DNA of 64,000 nt from Octopus bimaculoides (taxonomy: Eukaryota): NCBI RefSeq assembly GCF_001194135.2, contig NC_068985.1, positions 60,981,355 through 61,045,354 of the forward strand, in the 5' to 3' direction. The notes beneath the pieces are model-generated. The model was given only the letters and a program-made list of their open reading frames with translations, did no database searches and was not told where the DNA came from. Both the position numbers and the translations under genes were made by a program. Each line of letters starts with the position of its first letter. Positions within the stretch are counted from its first letter, which is position 1. Below are positions 54,076 to 64,000 of the stretch, in pieces.

Positions 54076-55222
54076 CTAGTCTTTCTCATTCACAAAATAA
54101 GCACCACCACCCCTAATGCTGCTCAGACTGCTTTCAATTTTGGTGTAGCGATGCAACTCTGAATTTTGATTATGATCAACCAATTACTTTATCTCGTAAA
54201 TTAAAGAATTTGATTTTATTTGGAATTAAAGTTGGGAAATCTGGGTAATTTTAGCCAATCAACAGACAGCGTGGCATTAGCAACTTGTTACCATAAACAA
54301 CTGCATGCTGTGTTGTGGTTCACTGTTGTCTGTGCCGCTGTTGTCTATGCTGATTTTTTACACTTGATTCTTCACACCACGAGATTCTTTTCACCCACGC
54401 GTTTTGTTTTAATTTTTCTGAGTTAGTATCTAACATATTTTTCTATGTGTGTGTTAGTATTTTTCCATGTGATAGTATTCTTACATATTTTTCCTTTCCT
54501 ATATTTTTAGGACTCATTGAATCACATAGATAGATTTATGATTTCACTAGGTTAATTCTATTCATAGAAATTTTAATTAGCAGTATCTCTTAAACTGTTA
54601 GCTTCACATTTCAACAGCTTAACTGAAATTTAGCCCACATAACAAGAACTGAGAGGATATCGTGTGGAACAGAGAAACTGTGAGTGATACAGATAATTTG
54701 ACATTTTTGAATTCTGCATGCAAAAACATATAAGATACAGGTATTCTTCTCCTTGGGACAAATTCATTGTTGACCAGTGTTATTCTTATCGCAGTTTACA
54801 AATCCAAGCATGAAAACGTTACTCAACTTTGGAGTTTTGGAGACAGACACACACACACACACACACTTATATATTAATGATGTACACAAATAGATGACAG
54901 GTATACATAATACTGAAATATGCATGAAGTAAACACATACAGACAAATATATTAATATAAAAAATTAAAAACATACAATCAATGAAGAGACAAAAGAAAC
55001 AGTAAGATGATACATGTTCATTTTATCAGGTGTTTCTGTTTATTTAGAATGCTACAATGAACGGGCCAGACACTAAACTATAAATTTCACTGTGTACAAC
55101 CTTAAAGTTGACACTGCTCCACTAAATGCAGAAAATTGTTCTCTTGCTATTGGCTAAAAATACAGTTTTTTTTTTTTTTTTAAACCTCTGTAAATCTTTT
55201 CTCCACAACATCATTCCTTTAA

Positions 55223-56459
55223 CCCTTTCGTTACTAACCCGGCTGAAAAGTTTTTTGGTTTATAAGACCAGCCCGGCCGTAGCCGGCCGAGAGTACCCAT
55301 TGTTATTTAAATGTATATTTGAACCCAAATCTCGTTAGTACATTCATTAAAACACCTGATTTCACTTTGCAAACAGTTGAGTTATTGTATCCGACATTGT
55401 TTGGCGTGATATTTGAACTCAGTNNNNNNNNNNNNNNNNNNNNNNNNNNNNNNNNNNNNNNNNNNNNNNNNNNNNNNNNNNNNNNNNNNNNNNNNNNNNN
55501 NNNNNNNNNNNNNNNNNNNNNNNNNNNNNNNNNNNNNNNNNNNNNNNNNNNNNNNNNNNNNNNNNNNNNNNNNNNNNNNNNNNNNNNNNNNNNNNNNNNN
55601 NNNNNNNNNNNNNNNNNNNNNNNNNNNNNNNNNNNNNNNNNNNNNNNNNNNNNNNNNNNNNNNNNNNNNNNNNNNNNNNNNNNNNNNNNNNNNNNNNNNN
55701 NNNNNNNNNNNNNNNNNNNNNNNNNNNNNNNNNNNNNNNNNNNNNNNNNNNNNNNNNNNNNNNNNNNNNNNNNNNNNNNNNNNNNNNNNNNNNNNNNNNN
55801 NNNNNNNNNNNNNNNNNNNNNNNNNNNNNNNNNNNNNNNNNNNNNNNNNNNNNNNNNNNNNNNNNNNNNNNNNNNNNNNNNNNNNNNNNNNNNNNNNNNN
55901 NNNNNNNNNNNNNNNNNNNNNNNNNNNNNNNNNNNNNNNNNNNNNNNNNNNNNNNNNNNNNNNNNNNNNNNNNNNNNNNNNNNNNNNNNNNNNNNNNNNN
56001 NNNNNNNNNNNNNNNNNNNNNNNNNNNNNNNNNNNNNNNNNNNNNNNNNNNNNNNNNNNNNNNNNNNNNNNNNNNNNNNNNNNNNNNNNNNNNNNNNNNN
56101 NNNNNNNNNNNNNNNNNNNNNNNNNNNNNNNNNNNNNNNNNNNNNNNNNNNNNNNNNNNNNNNNNNNNNNNNNNNNNNNNNNNNNNNNNNNNNNNNNNNN
56201 NNNNNNNNNNNNNNNNNNNNNNNNNNNNNNNNNNNNNNNNNNNNNNNNNNNNNNNCGTGGAGAACTTTGAGACAAAAATTATGCAATAGAATTGATTAAG
56301 AACCCTTTCTTTAATTATGTTCCAAATATCACATTAATATGTTGATAAATAAAAAAGTTACAGGTGTTTAATGAGACTAGTCTAAATTCATGATTATTTT
56401 AGAATTTAATTGAAACTCATGAGGGGTGTATTTTGGTCAGAAATATAGTAACGAAAGGG
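55223..56459. mobile_element. piggyBac-type non-autonomous element spanning the N gap
   Basis: TTAA|CCCTTTCGTTACT ... AGTAACGAAAGGG|TTAA (13-bp TIR with TTAA on both sides). The ends are separated by 832 N, so they could belong to two copies. Confidence 0.7.
55424..56255. other. Assembly gap (832 N)
   Basis: Run of N. Confidence 1.
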
Positions 56460-56599
56460 TTAAAGCAATGAGACTGGAAGGCTACATTATTACAGCTGAT
56501 TTTCAGATTTTTTACTTTTAAAAAATGCATATTTTGCAAATGAGAAAAACTAGATCTGGAATTACTTCCTCTGAAAATACTGTGCCCATTTTCATTACT

Positions 56600-56815
56600 T
56601 CATTGAGTCAACTGCTTTTCGTGCATTAACTTGTGCACTGCTTGCAGAGTAATTATGGGTTCATTGCTTTTGCGAGTTGTATGCAGTCTAGCTCGGCAAC
56701 CTTTATAAAACCACTAACAACACCAATATGTCTTGGTTTTTCTACTGTTGTTTCCATGCTTTTTGTATATATATAATTCTCTTCATCGCAAAGCTTTCAT
56801 TTGTTCTTTTCGGAT
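56600..56815 (-). pseudogene. FLYWCH zinc-finger remnant (MULE transposase N-terminus)
   Basis: My manual minus-strand translation is ELYIYKKHGNNSRKTKTYWCC*WFYKGCRARLHTTRKSNEPIITLQAVH, which fits the FLYWCH pattern Y.Y.K....YW.C.....GC.ARL.T....H. Confidence 0.7.
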
Positions 56816-57199
56816 GTGATAAATGTGACAGCCATAGTCGAAAGAATCAGAGTTAATTCCTCGGAAGTGCCTGCAGCTCTGGTGTTGAGTGCGCGTTGTT
56901 TTCTTTTTCCTTGTTCTTCTTTTTATTCTTCAATGCAGTGTCCATGACTGTCAGCAGGTGACTGACAACCATCAGATTTCCTGTTTAAATACTTGCTGGT
57001 AGGCACCAGCCCCTATAGCTAGTTAACTGTCACATGACACAACTTAAGCTTCAACTGAGCAATAGAGGGGAAAGACATGTAATTTTGGCCCATGCTCTCT
57101 CTAGGCCTACCTTCCAACAGAGTTCTTTGAATTTCAGCTCCATCAGGCAAAGCTGTCAAACCTTTGAACAGTCGGGGAGGGGGGCACACACTAAACTAG

Positions 57200-58133
57200 A
57201 TATGTTCCCTCCGCTAAATGCTGTTTAAGTGTCAGCCAGCCTCACCTGGTGATGCTATTTCTCAGTTGGCATGTTATGGCATTCAAACCATTTTGAGTCT
57301 TCTTGTTTCAGCCATATACAGAAGCTGACCTTTTTGACCGCCTTCTGTATCCTCCTTGTTATTTTTCTCAGCTCTGCGCTCGAAAATCCAGATCTTCTTT
57401 TAAATAGCATTGCCATTTTCCTTTCAATGAAGCCTCTTGCCTCCACTGCCAAGTGGTAATACTCAACAGCCCACCCCTGTTCCCTGCACTCTTCTATTAA
57501 TCTCTCATATTCCTCTCCTTCCGTCACTCTGCATTAGCAATGTTCTCTTCCCATGGCACTGTCAACTCTATCAAAATTCCAAAGGATTAAGTCTGATCAT
57601 TTTGTTGTTATTATGAGTGGGAATATTACTTGTCTTTCCAAATCCGCAGCCAGCTCCCAGTAACCTTTCCATCTTTCATCTGTCTTGTATACTTTTCTGG
57701 ACCTAGTTTTATGTCCTTTTCCCTCCTTCTGGAAGAATATCCTTCCGCACTTTTCCACTTTCGTGTACTGTCCCCTATTGTACTCCTCGATCTTCTCCTT
57801 GAGTGCTGTGCTTATAACACCAAGGACTTGGTTTGTGATGCCATGTATATCTGTCCAGTGCCAGTCTGCAGTTTGACAGGACATGTCTCATTGTTGCTTT
57901 CTCTCTGCATTTACATTCATCAGCCGTTTGTATGCTCCACTGGACTAAGTTGGCTGGCGATGGCAAAACATCGAAAGTGGATTTGATCAGGAAGGATATT
58001 CTTGCTCGTTCCCAAGCCCAAAGTTCTTTCCATGTGATTTTGCGATTGACCACATATTCCTCCCATCTTAGGCACTGACCCTGTTGGCTACACTGCACCA
58101 AATGTATGTTTTGCCTTTCTTTTTCCTCTTCAA
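57200..58133 (-). mobile_element. HERO-clade non-LTR fragment: zinc knuckle plus restriction-like endonuclease (RLE), no RT
   Basis: RKITWKELWAWE..RISFLIKSTFDVLPSPANLVQW, C.C....RHVLSNCRLALDRYTWHH, WELAADLE.Q.IFP, IELTVPWEENI and LIEECREQGW...VEARGF. Confidence 0.85.
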
Positions 58134-58800
58134 GACCATTCCGTCCCAAGTCATTATAAATGGTATTATTTTAACCATATATCCATTCATCTGTTTAATT
58201 TCTTTAGCAAGTCTATTGTATGTTTGTATTTTTGTCATTTCGACTTCGTCCAATTTTGATTATTATTGTTTCTTTTCTTTCGTGGTCAAATATTGCAATA
58301 TCAGGATTATTGTTTTCTATATGGTTTGGTGTTATTACTGGGCTATCTACTAAAATCTTAACCTTTTCATTTGTCGTTACCTTTTCTGTTTGAACGTTTT
58401 CTGGGAGTTTTTTTGGTATGTTATATTGCTGTAGTAGGTTCGCAAAGATTATTTTGGTTACCTTATCATGTCTCTCTTTATATTTTCTGTGTGCTATTCT
58501 TCTACATTGCATTGCCATATATTCGATATTTCCATTGTATTTTACAATATCTGCATGTCTTTTTTCTTCCATAATAGTTGTTTCTGCCTTGTAAATACTG
58601 TATAATATTTTTATCTATCATTAAGTATTTGCTTTGTTTTATAAATTTCAATGAGTCTATTTTTGATACTGCTTCCTCATTCAGGTGTTTATAGTATTCA
58701 CCGTGTATTTCTTTGTGTGATTGTTCCTTGATTATTTTTTCTCCCTCGTATTTTCTGTATTCATTGACATTATTCATATTATTTTTTATGCATTCTTTTT
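58134..58800 (-). mobile_element. R4/Dong-like RLE non-LTR fragment: knuckle remnant plus RLE, no RT
   Basis: KEIHGEYY, CRYC...YKERHDKV.KII, ENNNPDIAIFD..RKETIII and K..YN.LAKEI...VKIIPFIMTWDG. Confidence 0.75.
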
Positions 58801-58934
58801 TTTATTTCTATAATACCGTAACTAATATATTGGTGAAATTTACCATGGTGGAATATACCGTGGTGAAATTTACCTATCATAAAATTTACCTGGTGGAATT
58901 TACCAGTCACCATTTCGACTGTAGATACAAGGTC

Positions 58935-59590
58935 AGAAATCAGGAGATTAGTTGATTACATTGACCCCCAGTACTTGACCAGCATTTTATTTTATCAACC
59001 ACACCCAAAGGATAAAGACAAAGTTGATTTCAGCAGGATGTGCATTCAGTGCATAAAGAACCAAAATAAATACCGTACGGAATTATTAGTTTACTAGATC
59101 ATTCACGAGAACTGCACATTGTAGTTTAGACTAAATGGCTGAGTATTCCAGAGACATTTGTACTCCTAATATCATTCAGACAAAATCAGTATGATACTGC
59201 ATGTGACAGATGGGCTCCATAAAACTCAAAGTTCATTTTTCGAGTAATAATAATAATAATAGTAATTCTTTATATAGGCTACCAACCATAAGCACAAGGC
59301 CTAACATTTGTAAGGAAGGGAGCTAGTCAATTACATCAACCCCAGTACTTGACTGACACTTATTTTATCGAACACAAAACAATGAAATGTTAGGTCAACC
59401 TCAGCAGAATTTGAACTCAGAATGTAATGGGTTGGAAGAAATACAAAACATTTTGTTCAATGCTCTAACAGTTCTGCCAGTTAGCCACCTTAACAACAAA
59501 AATAATCTTTTCTTCTATAGGCACAAGGCCTGAAATGTTGGAGGAGGAGGCTAGTTGATTACATCGATCCCAGTGTTCAACTGGTACAAT
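58935..59590 (-). mobile_element. Cluster of degenerate SINE family A copies
   Basis: The motif GATTACAT(T/C)GA(C/T)CCC(C)AGT recurs at about 58955, 59330 and 59560. Confidence 0.7.
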
Positions 59591-60826
59591 TTAGGTCCTA
59601 ACGGTCAAATGATGAAGAACCAACCATCCATATATCCATCTATGTGAGTGTGTGTGCAGTGTGAGTATAGTGTGTGTAGTATGGTGCTTGCCATTTCCAA
59701 GCTCATATTTTCTGCCAGCAGTCACTTTCTCTCATTTATAGTTGGGACACTACACTCAACTCTTTACACATGCTACCACATAGAATTGGGTTCTTTACCT
59801 GATTACCAGTTTCTATTCCCAGTTGGAACTGATTCCGTTATATCATCAGTGGTTTTATGCAAATTATATAAAAGTTGGGAGGTGGAGTAGGGGATTGAGA
59901 ATGAAGAAACAATGTGCAGAGGAGAGGGGGAGGCTGGAAGAAATGGATTGGAAGTAAGATAACATGAAACAGAACAGATGTCAATAAGACAAGAGGCAGA
60001 GGGGTGCAAACAGAGAGACGGTGTGGGAAATTGAACAAACCAGGGAAAGAGGGAGAAAGAAAAAGAGAGGTGCAAGAATAGTAGTGGAATGGGTTGAAGA
60101 AAAATCGAATAACAACGGTAGAAATGTGATGGGGGAAGGAATCAGAATGTTCAACTCTTGTTCATAAATTACAAGTCAGATCCTATTCTCGCAATTCCAT
60201 GAGTACCATTTTACAGACATTTACCTGATTGTCAAGAAGTAATACTTGTATACTCAATACTGCAAATTAGATATTCTTCAGGCTTAGCTAATGATTACTT
60301 TACTCTTCTTTAATATAATTGAAACCCATATTAGAGTCTTAAGTGTCATATTTACCTGGATTACCAGCAAATTGAGTTCAAAAACCTAAGAGATACTCTT
60401 TCATTTGTTTCAGTCATTGGACCACAGCCATACTGTCTATAAGAGTTTAGTTAAACAAATCAACCCCAGTATTTTAAGTTTGGTTTTTATTGTAGTAGAT
60501 GTTTGTTTTTGCCATGCCACTAAGTTACAGGGACATATACAAAACAATGCCAGTTATCAAGCATTGGAGGAGACAGATACAAACAGACATACACAAACAT
60601 ATTCATAGGTATAATATAGATTTTCTGGAGCCTTTAGTTCCAAAGCCTTAAAATTAATTGTATGCGTTTTTTAATTAAAAGGTACCAAAAACCAGATTCT
60701 TGATAAAAAATGGCTGATCTTTCTGAATCAGGGATGGTCACTTTGGTCAACAAACACTAAATTAAACAAATATTTAGCTTACTTGAACAATTAAATGAAA
60801 TGAAATACCTATACATTAGTGTAAAT

Positions 60827-61079
60827 CAGTGGCTCTCAACCATTTTTTTTTCTATGGACCCCTTTTATTCCTATTTTACTTGGATAGACACCCTTAGTCA
60901 TTCAATGTTTTAAAATTCCTATTATATTTTTATAATTAGATATTATTAAGAATTGTGTGAAAAATTGCTTAAGTATTTTGTGTATTGTAGAAGTAGATCC
61001 AATTTATTGCACATAAATTTTAACAAAATTTTAATATGGACCCCCAAAAGCCATATGAACCCTGATTGAGAACCACCTG
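60827..61079. mobile_element. hAT-type MITE
   Basis: TIRs CAGTGGCTCTCAACC / GATTGAGAACCAC(C)TG, with 8-bp flanks GTGTAAAT and GGGTAAAT (7/8 match). Confidence 0.7.
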
Positions 61080-61252
61080 GGTAAATTATAAGAGATTCCA
61101 GACCATAAGTGACTGGAAAATCAGTGTTGTACCTCTATACACAGCTTCCACACAATTTCCATCTACAATTCACTCACTAAGTACTACTTGGCCTGAGTAT
61201 TACTTGGTTCAAGGTGTGGGATAGAAAAACTGAACTTCAAAGCTAGTTTCTT

Positions 61253-61483
61253 ATTTCTTTACTGCCCACAAGGGGCTACACACAGAGGAGACAAACAACG
61301 ACAGACAAAGTGATTAAGTCGATTACATCAACCCCAGTGCGTAACTGGTACTTAATTTATCGACCCCGAAAGGATGAAAGGCAAAGTCGACCTCAGTAGA
61401 ATTTGAACTCTGACCGTAAAAACAGACGAAATACCGGTAAGTATTTCACCTGGTGTGCTAACGTTTCTGCCAGCTCACCACCT
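61253..61483 (-). mobile_element. SINE family A, young full-length copy about 150 bp from the exon donor
   Basis: Intact box TTTATCGACCCCGAAAGGATGAAAGGCAAAGTCGACCTC. Confidence 0.87.
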
Positions 61484-61629
61484 TAAAGCTAGTTTCTATG
61501 AAGACATCATCTTTCCTAAATACAAAAGGCAAAGATGTCTACATCAATGTCCAAACAACCCAATACATTATAGTAGATATTACAAGATGACAATCAATTT
61601 AATGTGTTGTTTAGTTTATTGCAACTTAC

Positions 61630-61750
61630 CTTCATTTAGAGATAGTAATGTTACTGCAGTAGAAAGCCGTCCACTGCCAAGACTAACCAGATGAGGTTTC
61701 TCTGAATGAACCTTGTATGCTGACCCAGCTTCAGTGACTTCCAGCTGGTC
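61630..61750 (-). CDS. PHLDB1: PHLDB/LL5-family (PHLDB1-like) coding exon; start of FHA region, DQLEVTEAGSAYKVHSEKPHLVSLGSGRLSTAVTLLSLNE+G
   Basis: The translation matches the PHLDB1 signature KPHLVSLGSGRLSTA as I recall it. Acceptor ttttgtacag and donor GTAAGT; 121 nt, phase 0 to 1. No start codon in this exon, so an upstream exon is missing. The symbol names the closest vertebrate paralogue. Confidence 0.93.
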
Positions 61751-62530
61751 CTGTACAAAATGAAAATATATTAGATTAATAATGAAAACGGTTTTAGCAA
61801 ACAACTACATACAGTTACATAACAAGCTTGTGGTGAAAATATAGTAATGTAACAGCTAAACACACACACACAGAGTTATATAGCCACCGTGCTGTTAAAC
61901 ATACAATTTTATAACCATAAATGCACAGAAGTCACTTGCTAACAAGTATAAACTGGTAGCTTGTACCATGATTTCACAAATTGTTTTAGGTGTCTATATA
62001 ATCACAAGCAGACATCCTCTCAACTTATTTTTGACTCAGCAGAGCATCAAGGATGTGACAGCTGGAGGGAAAACAGGGCTCTACCAGCATTCAGCTGGTC
62101 CTCAATTAAAGCTGAAGCAATGTGAAACAATATGCTTTGCTCAAAGATATAGAGTACCACCTGATCCAGGAACTGAAACCATAACTTTATGAGTATAAGG
62201 TCAAACCCTTCACTAAGTATGAATGATGGAATAATAATAATGTTTAAAGCAACAAAACACAGGGATAAATGTTAGCAAGGGCATTCAGTTATAGCTCCTT
62301 ATGATCTAAGTTCAACTATCATTGAGGTAAACTTGAAATCTTTCATCCTCCCTATCCTAGATATATCCACCTAACTATCTGTTTTTCATGCAGAAGCTAA
62401 CGCAAGTATAGTCCAAGTTTGCACAAGAAATATCATTAAGTCCATTGTTCCATTTACCACAGAAGAAAATATATAAACAATAACACTGTTGCATTCTTCA
62501 TACTAACACTACTGTCTCAGTCCATCTAGC

Positions 62531-62568
<38 letters not shown>

Positions 62569-62844
62569 CCATGACATTTCAAATATCCACTGGACAAGTA
62601 CTTTGGTATTTTGACCTACTGGCTACAAATCATCCAATTATTCACTCTGCTTCCAATGTCAGTTAATCAGTATTCATTGTTGGATAATTCTGCTTAGAAA
62701 AGACCACACCAATTAGCTGCTTCTATCATAGTTGCCTTTAGATTAAACAAAGTAGATTAACAACACTGTCATTGGGACAGGTAACAAGACAGATTCAATA
62801 TATTCTGTGTTATCACTATCTGACAATGGTACATACTGAAAGCT

Positions 62845-63004
62845 ACAAACGATGGTAGACACCAATAGCTACAACCTACTCATTATCTCAGAAAGCAGAA
62901 TTTTACAGATGTTCAGCAGGTGTAACAAACTATGGTAGACGCCAACAGCTACAATCTACTCATTATCTCAGAAAGTAGAATTTTACAGATGTTCAGCAGG
63001 TGTA
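62845..63004. repeat. 80-bp tandem duplication (2 units, 5 mismatches)
   Basis: 62845-62924 versus 62925-63004, compared base by base. Confidence 0.93.
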
Positions 63005-63692
63005 CTGGAGACTTACAGGGATGAGAGTAAAATTAATGATTTTGTGGTTAATTAATGATTTCTAACATTGACACAAGCTAACAAGTTTAAGGGAAGAGGT
63101 TAAATTGATTATAAAGACCTTAATACTTGACTGGTATATTTTATTGACCCTAGACAGATAAATGAGATAACTGGCTCAAGAGAAATTTAAATTCAGAGTG
63201 CAGGGATCATTAAAAAAAAAACATTTTTTTTTTTAATGGTAAGAACTGACACTAGTAGCATGTGAACTCACAATCAACAGACAGTAAATACATTCCTGCA
63301 ATAAATGCTATAAAAAAGATTCAGCTGCAAGAGTAGGTTATTTATTGTTATTCAAGTAAAATAATAAAATTATGAAGCGACAAAAATTTTTACAATGAAC
63401 ACATAATGTAAAGCTATCTCTTCTATAGGTTTCTGTTGACTTTTGACAGCTTTATAGAGACACTACTCTGTCATATATCACACAAGAGGACAAACTGATA
63501 TAACAAAAGTAGCAGGGAACACACAGATACACAGCGAAGTACAGACACCATTGATGGGTGGACATAAAAACTGTGTCCACATAACTTACAGGTGTATACT
63601 TCACTCTCCTTGATAACATAGTTCATGCTACTTGAGGGTAGTATAAAACATCTACATATCATTAAGCATGTATGTACACATAAGTGTGTGAG

Positions 63693-63728
<36 letters not shown>

Positions 63729-64000
63729 GCAGTGTAATATGTATGTAAATACATGTGGCTGCATTTATGAGTAGGTGTGTGTTTGTGTATATAGTTGTGT
63801 CTCTACATACATGTGTGTATATTATGTATATGTTTGTAGTTATGCATGCACATACAGACAAGTGTATGTATACATAAATGTGTGTGTGCATAGCCATGTT
63901 TTATAAGCAGTATGTGTATGCAGTTGTATAAGTAGGTATTTGTGTGTGTACACTCAAACATAGCAACTATGACTGAAGCAGTCAAGAAATCCTCACTCAC

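Larger units (their letters stand above)
52402..58911 (-). mobile_element. Candidate Mutator (MULE)-type composite element bounded by inverted arrays of a 15-bp GGTAAATTCCACC unit
   Basis: Five-unit arrays at 52409-52481 and, inverted, at 58831-58905 enclose MULE DDE and FLYWCH coding remnants. The outermost bases do not match and I found no TSD. Confidence 0.55.

Noticed and set aside
55303-56299. Long ORFs of 285-327 aa, and those at 31341-32000
   Set aside because: They are artefacts of translating through N gaps and (TA)n tracts.
1-64000. Apparent excess of TEs in the host-gene sense (minus) orientation
   Set aside because: About 10 versus 6 among coding-type elements; too few to be meaningful.

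Overview
AT-rich animal genomic DNA. The SINE/LINE/microsatellite content is typical of an octopus (coleoid cephalopod) assembly; this taxon call is an inference. There are two N gaps, at 31507-31794 and 55424-56255. The only host gene I can support is a minus-strand PHLDB/LL5-family gene. Three coding exons (61630-61750, 51058-51240, 15036-15158) splice in frame through GT-AG introns of 10.4 kb and 35.9 kb and encode the N-terminal FHA domain; the rest of the gene lies outside the window or is not recognisable. The introns are filled with decayed mobile elements: a Helitron 3' end, three Tc1/mariner elements with different catalytic spacings (DD36E, DD37D, DD37E), a complete Ty3/Gypsy LTR element with a 5-bp TSD, several RTE LINEs, a CR1 LINE, hAT- and piggyBac-type MITEs and many SINEs. 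The most unusual structure is a candidate 6.5-kb Mutator-type composite at 52402-58911. It is bounded by inverted 15-bp repeat arrays and carries a split FLYWCH+DDE transposase plus two fused, RT-less restriction-like-endonuclease LINE fragments. Other oddities are a perfect 68-bp palindrome, a microhomology-bounded duplication-inversion, and a candidate internal start exon that would give an FHA-less isoform. No prokaryotic, CRISPR, rRNA or tRNA features were seen. Family assignments come from motif recognition and memory, not from database searches.
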